Positions 1 to 11,524 of a stretch of DNA of 64,000 bases are shown here, piece by piece. A model generated the notes under the pieces. The model was not told the origin of the DNA and ran no database searches. It was given only the letters and a program-made list of their open reading frames with translations. Within the stretch, counting starts at the first letter, position 1. The number at the start of each line of letters is the position of its first letter. The DNA lies in assembly GCA_003280655.1 (NCBI GenBank), contig QCEK01000001.1, positions 64,388 through 128,387 of the forward strand, read 5' to 3'. The DNA comes from Prochlorococcus sp. AG-355-O17 (lineage in GTDB: Bacteria; Cyanobacteriota; Cyanobacteriia; PCC-6307; Cyanobiaceae). The position numbers and the translations under genes were made by a program.

Positions 1-673
1 CGTTTGAAATTGATCTGCCAATGACTAGCTTAGAAGCACCATTATCTATAGCTTCATAGGGAGTCATAATTCTATTTTGATCATCTTTATTGTCAATATT
101 TAATCTGATACCTGGTGTAATAAGTTCAAAATTATCCTTATAAATAGATCTCAACATTTTTACCTCACAAGGGGAACAAACACATCCATCTAATCCGGCA
201 TCAAAAGACAACTTTGCAAGTCTCAATACATTTTCTTCAATTGAATTATTTCTATCAAGATCAGTTTGAAAATCTTTAAGAGAAAAGCTTGTTAAAACAG
301 TTATTCCTACAACCAATGGAGGTTTTACACTGACTGAGGTAGCTCCTTCTAAAGATGCTTTTTTCGAATCCTTAAGAGCTTTTAAACCTGCGGAAGCATG
401 AATAGAAATTATATCAACCTCTAATTTTGAAACTTGGAAACAGGCTGCACGCATGGTATTTGGAATATCATGAAATTTTAAGTCTAAAAAAATTTTTTTA
501 TTTAAACCTTTTAATATTTCAATAACCCTTGGACCTTCCCTAACAAAAAGTTCTAACCCAACTTTAACCCATCTAATATTAGGACATTTTTCCAAAAGTA
601 ATTTTGCTTGACTTACATCTAATCCATCAATTGCCAATATTATTTTATCTTCTGAATTAAATCTATTATTCAT
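1..673 (-). CDS. pyrF: Orotidine-5'-phosphate decarboxylase (3' end runs off the window)
   Basis: Hand translation from ATG at 673: [19 protein letters not shown]...VKVGLELF...[13 protein letters not shown] (DxKxxDIPNT motif)...TPGIR...LVIGRSI. Absent from the ORF track because it is truncated. Confidence 0.96.
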   Translation of the reverse strand, partial: MNNRFNSEDKIILAIDGLDVSQAKLLLEKCPNIRWVKVGLELFVREGPRVIEILKGLNKKIFLDLKFHDIPNTMRAACFQVSKLEVDIISIHASAGLKALKDSKKASLEGATSVSVKPPLVVGITVLTSFSLKDFQTDLDRNNSIEENVLRLAKLSFDAGLDGCVCSPCEVKMLRSIYKDNFELITPGIRLNIDNKDDQNRIMTPYEAIDNGASKLVIGRSISN

Positions 674-678
674 CAATT

Positions 679-1917
679 TCAGTTTTCAAACCTCTTAATT
701 ATTTTTTTTCCAATTTGCAAAATTTTTCCTTCCAAATCATTTTTTGAATTAAAAACTAAATCAGGATTTATTACTTTTTGACTATCAATTTTTACACCCC
801 CACCTTTAATAGATCTTTTTGATTCGCTGCTAGATTTGAAAAGTTTTAGAGCACTCAATAAGTAGAAAAACTTTACTGGAAAAACTACTTCTTTTAAAGA
901 AATCTCTGGAATTTCTCCAACTTTTTCTTTGTGTCCAAGGAATAATTTTTCACAGTTTGATTGCGCCTTTAATGCTTCTTCGGCTCCATGGAATAAAGTA
1001 GTAACTTCTAAAGCCATTCTTCTCTGTAATTCACGAGGATTTGAGTTTTCCAGAAAACTTAAATCTAATTCAGTAAGTAATTCAAAATAGGTTGGTATTA
1101 TATTATCGGGTACTTTTTCTAATTTTGAATACATTGAAAGAGGATCTTCAGTTAAACCGACGGTGTTAAATTCAGATTTGCTCATCTTTTTAATTCCATC
1201 TAAACCTGTCAAAATTGGCAGCAGAACACCAAATTGAGGGTCTTGTTTAAAATGCCTTTGAAGGTCTCTTCCTATCGCAATATTAAATTTCTGATCTGTG
1301 CCTCCAAGCTCAATATCTGATTGAACAACTACCGAATCGTAACCTTGTAATAGTGGATATAAGAATTCATGCAAAGCAATTGGGACTTGCGAAGTGTACC
1401 TTTTGTTAAACTCCTCCTTAGCTAACATTTGACTAACTGTTGCACTCCCCATCAATTCAATTATCGAATTAAGATTTAATCCTTTTAACCATTCGCTGTT
1501 ATGCCTAATTTCTATTCTATCTTTTGAATCAAAATCTAAAATAGATTCATTGGCTGGCTTTCCCATCCCTAGTTGGGTTAAGTATGTTTTTGCATTATCC
1601 TTAACTTGTTTTTCCGATAACTGAACTCTTGTTTTGTTTTTTCCGGTTGGATCTCCAATTTGAGCAGTAAAATCCCCAATAATTAAAACTGCAATATGTC
1701 CATTATCTTGAAATGCCCTAAGTTTTTTAAACAATATGCTGTGCCCCAGATGAATATCGGTTCCAGTTGGATCGATGCCGAGTTTAACTCTTAATTTTTT
1801 ATTATTTTTTTTCGCATGATCAATTATCTCCGAAAAGGTTTGATCTGTTCCCTTAATTGGAAAATATTCTTCTATTCCTCTTGACAGCCATGATGGCAAT
1901 TTTAAATTATCTGTCAT
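679..1917 (-). CDS. tyrS: Tyrosyl-tRNA synthetase
   Basis: GIDPTG, HLGH (HIGH motif), [13 protein letters not shown] and a C-terminal S4-like domain. Confidence 0.98.
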   Translation of the reverse strand: MTDNLKLPSWLSRGIEEYFPIKGTDQTFSEIIDHAKKNNKKLRVKLGIDPTGTDIHLGHSILFKKLRAFQDNGHIAVLIIGDFTAQIGDPTGKNKTRVQLSEKQVKDNAKTYLTQLGMGKPANESILDFDSKDRIEIRHNSEWLKGLNLNSIIELMGSATVSQMLAKEEFNKRYTSQVPIALHEFLYPLLQGYDSVVVQSDIELGGTDQKFNIAIGRDLQRHFKQDPQFGVLLPILTGLDGIKKMSKSEFNTVGLTEDPLSMYSKLEKVPDNIIPTYFELLTELDLSFLENSNPRELQRRMALEVTTLFHGAEEALKAQSNCEKLFLGHKEKVGEIPEISLKEVVFPVKFFYLLSALKLFKSSSESKRSIKGGGVKIDSQKVINPDLVFNSKNDLEGKILQIGKKIIKRFEN

Positions 1918-1935
1918 GTAGCTTTAACGTTAACT

Positions 1936-2259
1936 TTAAGAAGTTTTATCAAGTTCATCCTTCATTCTTATTAAGGTTTTATTCATTTGATCGAACATTT
2001 GATCAGGAGTAATCCCAAATTGACTTAACTGTGTCTTTAATTGTTCTACTGTCATTTTTGCTTGAAAATCTTCAGACAATTCAAATCTCTTCATGAAAAC
2101 CTTATAACGATCCATAAGAGATTCCATTTTTTTTATAAACATTTTTTTCCCTTCTCTATCAAATTTTCCATAATCAGAGCCAAGTTTCATAAGTTCTTGG
2201 TAATCTGTAAAAAGCTTTTTAGCTTCTTCTTGAACGATGTCTGACTCAAAGAATCCCAT
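1936..2259 (-). CDS. Conserved cyanobacterial protein (DUF1825-like)
   Basis: MGFFESDIVQEEAKKLF...FDREGK...RFELSEDF. The ATG at 2259 is preferred over the TTG at 2292. Confidence 0.7.
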   Translation of the reverse strand: MGFFESDIVQEEAKKLFTDYQELMKLGSDYGKFDREGKKMFIKKMESLMDRYKVFMKRFELSEDFQAKMTVEQLKTQLSQFGITPDQMFDQMNKTLIRMKDELDKTS

Positions 2260-2409
2260 TTCTATTTTTTTACTTCGCAGATTAAGGCTCAACTACAAGA
2301 TAACAAGAATCTTTTAAATTGATTAGAAGATTAATAAATTTTAGTTTATAAATAATTCTTTGATTTATATTTTTTCAGAATTAAATTTAGTAGACATGTT
2401 TCATTAATA

Positions 2410-3021
2410 TTGGAAAAATTTAACGTAAATAATATTTCAAACCAAAATAGACAATTTGAATTATTTGGTTCAAATATAAATACATCAATTAATTTTCAAC
2501 ACTCAAATAATCTTAAAATCAAAGGCGAAATCCTAACTGAATGGAGGGCAAGAATATATAATCACCAATTCAAAATTTCAAAAGATACTCAAAATAAACC
2601 TTTTCACCAAACAAGTCTTCCTATAAGTACAATTTCCGATGAAAGAAAAATTGATCCGTTTTCCTTGCAGCCATTATCATTGAACTTTTGGAGAACTAAT
2701 CAATATATACACAATGGGCCAGCAATGTATTTTGTAATTGACTCGATGGAGAGTTCTAAAATAATCCTTTATATAGGAGAAACAAATTCAGCAAATAAAA
2801 GATGGAAGGGAGAACATGACTGTAAAAATTACCTCATGAACTATAAAGAAGCCCTAGCTCATAACAAACTCTCAAGTCACCAAGATATTCGTTTCTTCTT
2901 AGATGTACCTAAAGAAGTAAAATTAAGACGTAAATTAGAACAGCAACTGATATATTTATGGTTACCCCCTTTTAATAAAGAAACTCGAGATAGGTGGGCA
3001 ACTACTTTCACAAACAATTAA
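2410..3021 (+). CDS. GIY-YIG nuclease-like protein
   Basis: AMYFV...ILYIGET...RWKGEH...LEQQLI...PPFN matches the GIY-YIG pattern. Confidence 0.65.
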   Translation: MEKFNVNNISNQNRQFELFGSNINTSINFQHSNNLKIKGEILTEWRARIYNHQFKISKDTQNKPFHQTSLPISTISDERKIDPFSLQPLSLNFWRTNQYIHNGPAMYFVIDSMESSKIILYIGETNSANKRWKGEHDCKNYLMNYKEALAHNKLSSHQDIRFFLDVPKEVKLRRKLEQQLIYLWLPPFNKETRDRWATTFTNN

Positions 3022-3045
3022 AAGTTAATTAAATCCATTTTACAA

Positions 3046-4518
3046 ATGCAATTTTCCTCATTCCAAAAAAATCTAGATAACTGGCAAGGTGCTTCATTAA
3101 TTTTTGGAGTTTTAGAGGAAGATATTGCAGGCCAACTTGAAAACATAAAATTTGTTATTGACCCAAAATTATTACTAAAAAAAGTTACTCAAAAAAAATT
3201 TAAGGGAGAAAAAGGAAAAACTTTAAGCTTTGAATTTTTAGATCAAAAATTAGAAACTTTATTGATAGTTGGTCTTGGCAAATCAAAAGACCTAAATAAA
3301 AGTGATATAGAAAACTCTATAGGAAATCTAGTTAGGAAAACTGTTGATAAAAATGAAAAAATGAGCATCTTACTACCTTGGGAACTTATAAATTCACAAC
3401 TAGAAATAAATCAACTAGCAGAGTCAGTCAGATTATCTGCCTATAAGGACAATAGATTCAATAAGAAAAAAGATGAAAAGACAGTTCTTAAAGAAATAGA
3501 GTTTTTGAATCTGAAAAAATTTGAGAATATTAGCTTTGAAGAGACAGCACAAATATGTGAAGGTGTAGAACTAGCAAGAAGACTTGTAGCCGCCCCTCCA
3601 AATAGCCTTACTCCTAAGGAAATGTCTATGGAAGCTTCTCAAATAGCTAAAGATCATGGTTTGGGAGTAAAAATTTTAGAGGCAAAAGATTGTGAAGATT
3701 TAGGGATGGGTGCATATTTAGCTGTAGCAAAAGGGTCTGATCTAGATCCTAAATTTATACATCTTACTTTAAAGTCAGAGGGGCCTATAAAAGAAAAGAT
3801 TGCGCTTGTAGGGAAGGGGTTAACCTTTGATTCTGGAGGATACAATCTAAAAGTGGGAGCCTCTCAAATTGAAATGATGAAATATGATATGGGCGGAAGC
3901 GCTGCAGTTTTAGGAGCAGCAAAAGCACTTGGGGCAATAAAACCAAAGGGATTAGAAATTCATTTTATTGTGGCATCTTGCGAAAACATGATAAATGGAT
4001 CTGCAGTACATCCTGGGGATGTAGTTAAAGCATCTAATGGTAAGACAATTGAAATAAATAACACTGATGCAGAGGGTAGACTCACATTAGCGGATGCTTT
4101 AACTTACGCATCAAATTTAGAACCCGATTCAATAATAGATCTCGCCACTTTAACAGGAGCTATTGTTGTTGCATTAGGGAATGATGTAGCTGGATTCTGG
4201 AGCAATAATGATGATCTAGCAAATGACCTAAAAGCTGCATCAGCTAAGTCTGGAGAAGAATTATGGCAAATGCCTTTACAAAAATCTTATAAAGAAGGGT
4301 TAAAGTCTCATATAGCTGATATGAAAAATACAGGTCCTAGGGCAGGTGGATCAATAACTGCTGCTTTATTTTTAGAGGAATTCTTTGATAAAGAGATTAA
4401 ATGGGCTCATATTGATATTGCTGGGACTTGTTGGACTGATAAAAATAAGGGAATAAACCCATCAGGTGCAACCGGTTTTGGAGTTAAAACTCTCGTGCAA
4501 TGGATTAAAAATAAATAA
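3046..4518 (+). CDS. pepA: Leucyl aminopeptidase (M17)
   Basis: [26 protein letters not shown]. Confidence 0.97.
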   Translation: MQFSSFQKNLDNWQGASLIFGVLEEDIAGQLENIKFVIDPKLLLKKVTQKKFKGEKGKTLSFEFLDQKLETLLIVGLGKSKDLNKSDIENSIGNLVRKTVDKNEKMSILLPWELINSQLEINQLAESVRLSAYKDNRFNKKKDEKTVLKEIEFLNLKKFENISFEETAQICEGVELARRLVAAPPNSLTPKEMSMEASQIAKDHGLGVKILEAKDCEDLGMGAYLAVAKGSDLDPKFIHLTLKSEGPIKEKIALVGKGLTFDSGGYNLKVGASQIEMMKYDMGGSAAVLGAAKALGAIKPKGLEIHFIVASCENMINGSAVHPGDVVKASNGKTIEINNTDAEGRLTLADALTYASNLEPDSIIDLATLTGAIVVALGNDVAGFWSNNDDLANDLKAASAKSGEELWQMPLQKSYKEGLKSHIADMKNTGPRAGGSITAALFLEEFFDKEIKWAHIDIAGTCWTDKNKGINPSGATGFGVKTLVQWIKNK

Positions 4519-4530
4519 TTATATTTAAAA

Positions 4531-5133
4531 TCATTCAGTCCAAAGATTTATTGATCTAGCATTATCCCCCCATAATTTATCCAACCTCTGATCTCTCCCA
4601 CATGAGAATCTATAGAACTTATATTTTAATTCATTTCTCTCAGCAAAATCCTGATGATATTCTTCAGCCAACCAAAATTTACCTTTTGATTTTAGTTCTA
4701 AAGATATTTTTTCTAATGGCACTTGCAATTCATTAGAGGCCGAAAGAATTGCATTTTTTGCTTCACTTTCCTCAATTTCATCTTTGAAAAATATCACTGG
4801 CCTATAAGAATCTCCACGATCACAAAATTGACCCTTGCCGTCTAGAGGATCAATATTTCTGAAATAAAGCCTAAGTATCTCGCTTAAAGTTACCAATTTG
4901 GAATCATAGTTTACCAAAACCACTTCCTGATGTCCTTCATGATTTTCGTAAGTAGGATTTTGCAAATCTCCACCTGAATAGCCACTTTCTACAAAATTTA
5001 TCCCCTTTAATGACTCTAAATCATGTTCTAAACACCAAAAACAACCTCCTGCAAGAATCAATTCCTCTGCAAAAGCGTTTACAGGGTTAACAAATATTGA
5101 AAGAGCTACTAATAGAGATAAGATGTATTTCAT
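4531..5133 (-). CDS. msrA: Peptide methionine sulfoxide reductase A with N-terminal signal peptide
   Basis: AGGCFWC, GYSGG, AEEYHQD and a hydrophobic N-terminus. Confidence 0.93.
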   Translation of the reverse strand: MKYILSLLVALSIFVNPVNAFAEELILAGGCFWCLEHDLESLKGINFVESGYSGGDLQNPTYENHEGHQEVVLVNYDSKLVTLSEILRLYFRNIDPLDGKGQFCDRGDSYRPVIFFKDEIEESEAKNAILSASNELQVPLEKISLELKSKGKFWLAEEYHQDFAERNELKYKFYRFSCGRDQRLDKLWGDNARSINLWTE

Positions 5134-5149
5134 TTTTTTATTATAAAGT

Positions 5150-6328
5150 TCAAATAATAGAATTAATAATCTCTTTAGCAGCTCTTTGGACTACGCCCTC
5201 TTCTCCTAATTCTTTTTTTAAAAAAGCATAACCTTTTTTAATTTTTATTTTTTCTGACTTTCCCTCAAGAATCCTACAAGATTTGTAAAAAATTTTCTTT
5301 TCGTCAAACTCTCTTTGCACAAACTCAGGGATTATTAATTTATTAGCTAACAAATTAACAGGAGAAATATATTTTACTTTGAAATTAAGAATTTTTTTAG
5401 CAATAAAAGCAGTTACCCTACTTACTCTATAACCAACAATCTGTGGGATTCCATATAAAGCTAATTCCATATTAACTGTCCCAGATTTGCAAAAAGAAAT
5501 TTTAGTAAGCGAATAAATATAAGGCTTTAATTTTGCACAATCTTTTTGAGAAATCACAAATCCTTCAACTTGATATTTTCTTAAGGCTTTTTTGAATATT
5601 TCATCAAAAGCAATCCGACAGGAGGGGATATAGACAACTAAAGTTGGATATTTTTGTTGTAATTTTTTAGCCGCTTTTATAAAAGTAGGTAATACATATC
5701 TTAATTCTTGAGGTCTTGATGCTGGCATCAAGAGCAGGATATTTTGATTAGGGCGAAGGTTAAGAATAGTTCTGGCATCCTTCTTTAAAGGAAGTTTTTT
5801 TGTCAAATCAATCATTGGATGTCCCACCCACAAAACATTTCCGCCCCTCTTTTTATAAAATGCTGCTTCTTTCTTGAAAATCGCGAAAATTTTATCAGAA
5901 AATTTTATTAGATTTGTTGTAGTGTTATTACCAACCCTCCAAGCCCACTCTTGAGGAGCAATATAGTAAAAAATTGGAATTTTAGTTTTCGATCTTTTTA
6001 ATTTTGTTCCAATTTTTATATTGGGGCCCATATAGTCAATAAGAATTAAGCAATCTGGAGGATATTTTTTTAGTAATTTATAAAATCTTTTTTGAATTCT
6101 TATTGTTGGAAGAATAAGAGGTAAAGCCTCCCAAATTCCGATTGCACTAATTGATGTAGTATCTTGAAGAATTTTTACACCTTCTTTCCTCATCCTTTCC
6201 CCACCTAATCCGCAAATTTCTAAATCTATCGATTTTTTTTTAGATTCCTCTAATAATGCTTTTGCTAAGAAACTTCCGTGCAAATCTCCAGAGACTTCTC
6301 CAGTACTTATAAATATCTTTTTATTCAT
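5150..6328 (-). CDS. lpxB: Lipid-A-disaccharide synthase
   Basis: STGEVSGDLHG, YIAPQEWAWR, VGHP, PASRPQE; lies in the lpx cluster. Confidence 0.96.
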   Translation of the reverse strand: MNKKIFISTGEVSGDLHGSFLAKALLEESKKKSIDLEICGLGGERMRKEGVKILQDTTSISAIGIWEALPLILPTIRIQKRFYKLLKKYPPDCLILIDYMGPNIKIGTKLKRSKTKIPIFYYIAPQEWAWRVGNNTTTNLIKFSDKIFAIFKKEAAFYKKRGGNVLWVGHPMIDLTKKLPLKKDARTILNLRPNQNILLLMPASRPQELRYVLPTFIKAAKKLQQKYPTLVVYIPSCRIAFDEIFKKALRKYQVEGFVISQKDCAKLKPYIYSLTKISFCKSGTVNMELALYGIPQIVGYRVSRVTAFIAKKILNFKVKYISPVNLLANKLIIPEFVQREFDEKKIFYKSCRILEGKSEKIKIKKGYAFLKKELGEEGVVQRAAKEIINSII

Positions 6329-7179
6329 AAATTCACTATAGGCATAGGTCCTCGTCTTTCTTTAGATATTGACTCTTTTAAGAAATTACATAATTTTGAA
6401 GATGAAATATCTAATTCTCCTTTCATTACTTTTTCTAATGAATTTGAAATCGCATCATTAGATTTAAAAAGGGAATTCCAAGTAGTTTGCAAAAGTTTTA
6501 AATCAAAATCTTTATTTTCAATTAAACCACTTCTCTTAATTCCAATCCTATTTAAACCTCTCAATCTTCCTGGATGCCCTTCGGCCAAGCAGAAAGGAGG
6601 TACATCTCTATCTACCCTAGTCATTCCTCCAATCATTGCTAAATATCCAATATGTACAAATTGATGAATACCTAAACAACCCCCAATAATAGCTTTATCT
6701 TCAATCTTTACATGGCCCGCAACTTGAACACTATTTGATAAAACTATCCTGTTGCCTAGTTCACAATTATGGCCAATGTGAGTGTAAGCCATCAATAAAT
6801 TATTATTGCCTATAACAGTTTTTTCTCCTTCATCGGTTGCTTTATTAATAGTTACACATTCTCTAAAAGTATTATTATCTCCAATAATTACTTCAGTTGG
6901 GGCCCCTTTGTATTTAAGGTCTTGGGGATCAAGGCCTATAAAAACACTTGGGAAAACTTTATTGTTTATACCAATTTGAGTTCTTCCTGAAATAACAGCA
7001 TTCGGTCCTATTTCAGTTCCTTTTCCGATAGTTACATTAGGACCGACAATAGCTCCTTGAGCGATAGTAACACCATCATGTAATTCGGCACTTGGATCAA
7101 CAAAAGCATTTGAGTGAACTTTTACACTACTATAGCCTGAGTTTAATGCAGTATTTTTATTATCCATATCTCTAATCAA
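6325..7179 (-). CDS. lpxA: UDP-N-acetylglucosamine O-acyltransferase
   Basis: Hexapeptide repeats, [20 protein letters not shown]. Confidence 0.97.
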   Translation of the reverse strand: MIRDMDNKNTALNSGYSSVKVHSNAFVDPSAELHDGVTIAQGAIVGPNVTIGKGTEIGPNAVISGRTQIGINNKVFPSVFIGLDPQDLKYKGAPTEVIIGDNNTFRECVTINKATDEGEKTVIGNNNLLMAYTHIGHNCELGNRIVLSNSVQVAGHVKIEDKAIIGGCLGIHQFVHIGYLAMIGGMTRVDRDVPPFCLAEGHPGRLRGLNRIGIKRSGLIENKDFDLKLLQTTWNSLFKSNDAISNSLEKVMKGELDISSSKLCNFLKESISKERRGPMPIVNL

Positions 7180-7630
7180 CTAGTGAAAACATTAATTCTC
7201 CAGCACAAACCAACTTACCATCAACATGCGCCTCACCTTTAACCTTTCCAAATCTTTGTCTTTTAATAGATAATAGATCACAAGATATTATCAATTGATC
7301 TCCAGGCACAACTGGTTTTCTGAATTTAACATTATTAATTCCAGCAAAGACGAAAAGTCCTTTAGGAAGATCGGGCATTTGAGTTACAATTATTCCACCA
7401 ACTTGAGCCATCGATTCAACAATAAGAACTCCAGGCATTAACGGTCTTTCAGGGAAGTGTCCCTGAAATTGAGGCTCATTTATAGTTACATTTTTTACTG
7501 CAACAGCTCTCTCCCCAGGAATATACTCAATGACTTTGTCTACAAGAGCAAAAGGATATCTGTGAGGTAACAAACCTAGTATGTTTTCAGAAGAAAGTTG
7601 ATTATTTTCAATGGATAATTTCTTTTCCAA
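7172..7630 (-). CDS. fabZ: 3-hydroxyacyl-ACP dehydratase
   Basis: [29 protein letters not shown]. Confidence 0.98.
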   Translation of the reverse strand: MEKKLSIENNQLSSENILGLLPHRYPFALVDKVIEYIPGERAVAVKNVTINEPQFQGHFPERPLMPGVLIVESMAQVGGIIVTQMPDLPKGLFVFAGINNVKFRKPVVPGDQLIISCDLLSIKRQRFGKVKGEAHVDGKLVCAGELMFSLVD

Positions 7631-7647
7631 AACAATTAAAGATAAAG

Positions 7648-8484
7648 TTAATTTTTTAGCGATGAGGCCAATAAAGCATTTAAAGAATGAGATCCTTTAA
7701 AAACTAAAATTTGAGCCTTAGGTAACCCTACCAAAGCCAAGTCCCCAATTAGGTCTAAAATTTTATGTCTTATTGGTTCATTATCAAATCTTAATGGTGG
7801 ATTAACCCATTTATCACCATCACAAACAAGGGCATTTTCCAAACTTCCGCCTTTTATTAATCCAAGTTCACTCAACTCTTGAAATTGATCTTTAAAACCA
7901 AATGTTCTGGCAGGAGCAATCATTTCAACAAAACTTTTTGGATTTAAATCAATCACAAAAGTTTGATTCCCAATTGCTTTATAGGCAAAACTTATAGTGG
8001 ATATAATTGTAGTTTTTTCAGAAGGAGTTGCTGCTATAACTGAGCCTTCTTTATTCAAAATTATTGATTTATTAATCTCTAGAAAAAAATTATCTGGTCT
8101 CGGTGCCTTTTTTATCCCAACTTCTTCAAAATCTTTAACCCACTGGATTGCCGATCCATCTAAAAGAGGAATCTCTTTCCCATCAACCTCAATATGAATA
8201 TAACTTAACCCACACCCTGCCATTGCAGATAATAGATGTTCGATAGTATACAAATTCCTCCCCCCTAATTTAACAGCCGTACAAAGCATCGTACTTCCAA
8301 TTAAATCCTGCGTTAACTTAAAAATCTCGTTAGGTTTATCCTTAAAAGAAACATAATATCCTTCTTTTTCATAGGAAGAAATAGTAACTCTTGTTTTTTC
8401 ACCACTGTGCAGGCCTACACCTTCTCTGGAGATAACACCAGCCAAGGTATAGCAAGAATCATAATTAGCAGGCCAAGAAAACAC
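7648..8484 (-). CDS. lpxC: UDP-3-O-acyl-GlcNAc deacetylase
   Basis: [33 protein letters not shown]. Confidence 0.97.
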   Translation of the reverse strand: MFSWPANYDSCYTLAGVISREGVGLHSGEKTRVTISSYEKEGYYVSFKDKPNEIFKLTQDLIGSTMLCTAVKLGGRNLYTIEHLLSAMAGCGLSYIHIEVDGKEIPLLDGSAIQWVKDFEEVGIKKAPRPDNFFLEINKSIILNKEGSVIAATPSEKTTIISTISFAYKAIGNQTFVIDLNPKSFVEMIAPARTFGFKDQFQELSELGLIKGGSLENALVCDGDKWVNPPLRFDNEPIRHKILDLIGDLALVGLPKAQILVFKGSHSLNALLASSLKN

Positions 8485-10629
8485 TTAAAACTTCCATCCA
8501 ACTCCAAGTGTATATCTCCAATCCCCACTAAGGTCTTTGCTAGCAACATCTAATCTCAATGGACCTATAGGTGTTTTAACTCCAACTCCCCCTCCAAGAG
8601 AAAAACCAGAACCTGATTTCTGCAATAATTTGCCTGGTTTTCCAGGAACCTCCTCTTGAGAGCCTAGATCACTTCCTGCATCGACAAACAAAGCTCCTGA
8701 TATCATTCTCCAAACAGGGAATCTATATTCTGCTGTGCCCTCAACAAAACTTTTACTTACAGCTAAATCACAGGATCCCCAACCTCTAACAGATGATGTT
8801 CCTCCCATACAAAATGCTTCATAAGGAGGAAGTTCCCCAAGAACAGTTCCCGCCTTAAATTGAAATCCAATAGCTTGAGGACAGTCTTCACTCGTGGCAT
8901 CACTAGACTTACATGCCTTAGTTAAATTTATTAATTTTGTTGGAATAAAAAATGAATATGAGACTTTCATTCTATTAAAAGTTGGAGAGTTTTTCCCCAC
9001 TGAAACAAATTGTTCGGTACCAAAGCTAAATTTATTTCCTGAAGTTGGGTTGATGGAATTATTCAAATTATTTCTTGAAGTACCCGCGATAATACTCACT
9101 AAAGTATTTTCTTCAGGGCATGAACCATCGTTTGGAGTAAATCCAATACAGATAATATCATTTATGTTTCCTGTTGTTGGAGTCCTATCACCATAGGGTT
9201 TTTTGTTTCCATCACCATCAATCATCTTTACTTTCTTAAAATTCATTCCTGCAAGAACTCTCCACTTAGCGACCTTAAATGGATCTCCACCATTTAATGG
9301 TCTTGAGAAAGAAAATCCACCTCCTGTTTTTTCTAAAACTATTGATGAAAAAGTATCAGAGGTTGAAGTATTAGTATCATCAACTGCGTATATGCGACCA
9401 TTTTTTTCACTTTTAAATTCTTGTGGATAATCTCTACTTAAGAAAACATTTGTTCTAAAAGATGTTTTATGTTTATCTCCTTTAATCCATGGATCAGATA
9501 ATGAAAAATTATAGGTAGTTGAATATTCTCCGAAATTAAGATTTAAATTTGTAGACCATGCTCTTCCTAGTGCATTTGTTTCCTGTAAACCAATTGAGGC
9601 AAAGATACCTGAACCATTGCTATAACCAAGCCCACCTGTTAATGATCCTGTTCTTTGCTCGCTCAAATCTAAAAAAATTACAACTTGACCAGGATTTAAG
9701 TTGTCAGGACCAAGAGAAACCTTTACATCATCAAATAATGACGTGGCATAGAGTCGACCGATATCAGCTTCTAAAATTTTCCTATTAAATATTGAACCAG
9801 GTTGTGTTTTTAATTCTCTCTTTACAACCCAGTCTTTTGTTGTACCTTTCCTAGGTTTTCCATCAATAACAAATTCGCCATCAGAATCTGGGAATCTTAT
9901 TTTTACTTCAGATATAATACCCTCAGAAACTTTTAATGTTACTGCTCCGTCATCAGAAATTCTATCTGGGCCATTAATTCTCGCTAAAGAATAACCCTCT
10001 TTTTCATAACGTTTTTTTATTATTTCTATCTTATTTTGAAATTCATTTAAGTTAAGAGTTGTACCATAATAATTACTAAAAATATCATCCACATACTCGT
10101 TGGAGATGACGGAGTTTTTTGGTTTAAGTTCAACTTTCTTCAAAATTGGATTAGGCACTACATTTACTATTAGTCTCACGCCTAGTGGCCCTTCTTGAGA
10201 CTTTATTTTAACGCCTGAAAACCAACCACTAGCATATATTGCATTTAGGTCTTGATTTAAAATTCTATTATCAACAATACTTCCAGGCTTTATGCTCATA
10301 GAGTCATAAGCAGCCAATTCAAGTTTTCTACCCTCAGGATGATTTTCCCAACCTTCGATAATTATTTCTGAGATAAGAACACTTTCTTCATTAATGTCAT
10401 CATTATTTTCCGCTACAAGAAATTTCTTCTCTTTTTTTATATCAATCCTTTGAGATAAATCATTTTTAATATTTGGTATCTCTAAGGTTGTTATTGATTG
10501 ATCAGCGTCATTTGGTAAATACTTAGCAGCCAGTTTTGAATTATTAGATATTAAAATCAAGGGGGCGCAGGCAACATTTGAGAAAACCTTTCCAAATTTT
10601 AAAAAATGTTTTTGCATAGTATTTTCCAT
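8485..10629 (-). CDS. bamA: Omp85/BamA family outer membrane protein assembly factor
   Basis: POTRA-like repeats, GGTSSVRGW (VRGY/F motif), TPIGPLRLD, C-terminal GWKF. Confidence 0.92.
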   Translation of the reverse strand: MENTMQKHFLKFGKVFSNVACAPLILISNNSKLAAKYLPNDADQSITTLEIPNIKNDLSQRIDIKKEKKFLVAENNDDINEESVLISEIIIEGWENHPEGRKLELAAYDSMSIKPGSIVDNRILNQDLNAIYASGWFSGVKIKSQEGPLGVRLIVNVVPNPILKKVELKPKNSVISNEYVDDIFSNYYGTTLNLNEFQNKIEIIKKRYEKEGYSLARINGPDRISDDGAVTLKVSEGIISEVKIRFPDSDGEFVIDGKPRKGTTKDWVVKRELKTQPGSIFNRKILEADIGRLYATSLFDDVKVSLGPDNLNPGQVVIFLDLSEQRTGSLTGGLGYSNGSGIFASIGLQETNALGRAWSTNLNLNFGEYSTTYNFSLSDPWIKGDKHKTSFRTNVFLSRDYPQEFKSEKNGRIYAVDDTNTSTSDTFSSIVLEKTGGGFSFSRPLNGGDPFKVAKWRVLAGMNFKKVKMIDGDGNKKPYGDRTPTTGNINDIICIGFTPNDGSCPEENTLVSIIAGTSRNNLNNSINPTSGNKFSFGTEQFVSVGKNSPTFNRMKVSYSFFIPTKLINLTKACKSSDATSEDCPQAIGFQFKAGTVLGELPPYEAFCMGGTSSVRGWGSCDLAVSKSFVEGTAEYRFPVWRMISGALFVDAGSDLGSQEEVPGKPGKLLQKSGSGFSLGGGVGVKTPIGPLRLDVASKDLSGDWRYTLGVGWKF

Positions 10630-10662
10630 TAAGATAAATAAGTCGTTATTTATTCAATTAGG

Positions 10663-11391
10663 TTAGAGAAAATCATTTATTCTTCTGTGAATTTCACTGT
10701 AGGCTTCAATTAGACCACCTAAATCATTCCTGAATCTATCTTTATCTAGGCTTACAATTGTATCATTTTTTTGGTTTAGATCCCACAATCTACAATTATC
10801 AGGACTTATTTCGTCCCCGAGAAGAATATTATTTTTAAAATCATAACCAAATTCCAATTTGAAATCCACAAGTTGAAGTTGAATTTTTTTAAAAAAACTT
10901 TTCAGGATTACATTAATTTTTAAAGTTAAATTAGTTATTAACTCTAAATCATCGATACTTAATATGTTCATTAATTCAATTCTGTCTTTTGTAATCAGGG
11001 GATCATTAAGTTCATCATTTTTCAGATAGATATCAATTAATGGTTTTGATAAAAAAGTTCCAGGTTTAATAGTCGTTTGTTTGCACAAAGAACCATAAGC
11101 AGTATTTCTTAGAACAATTTCTAATGGAATTACTTTTATTTTTTTTGCAATCATCGTATTTTCATTTTCAAGATCAATAAAATGAGTTGGAATACTCTCC
11201 TTAATAAGAATCTCAAAAATTCTTGCACTTATTAGGCAATTAAGTTTGCCTTTACCTTCAAATTTTTCTTTTTTCAAAGCATTAAAAGCTGTAGCATCAT
11301 CTTTAAATTCAATTTTTACTTTATCTTCATCATCATGCGTAAATACTTTTTTTGCTTTGCCTTCATATATCAACTCATATTTATTATTCAT
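10663..11391 (-). CDS. purC: SAICAR synthase
   Basis: YEGKAK, FKDDATAFN, LVDFKLEFG, DEISPDNCRLWD, DKDRFR. Confidence 0.98.
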   Translation of the reverse strand: MNNKYELIYEGKAKKVFTHDDEDKVKIEFKDDATAFNALKKEKFEGKGKLNCLISARIFEILIKESIPTHFIDLENENTMIAKKIKVIPLEIVLRNTAYGSLCKQTTIKPGTFLSKPLIDIYLKNDELNDPLITKDRIELMNILSIDDLELITNLTLKINVILKSFFKKIQLQLVDFKLEFGYDFKNNILLGDEISPDNCRLWDLNQKNDTIVSLDKDRFRNDLGGLIEAYSEIHRRINDFL

Positions 11392-11524
11392 TAATTTAAA
11401 ACCTCATTGTGATTACTAAAATACTTTTTGTAATTAACATAATTATTAGAGATCAACTTCAAATGATTTTATTTCATTCTAGCTGATTATTCCTCTAAAA
11501 CTCATAACCTTAAAAAACAAATAT

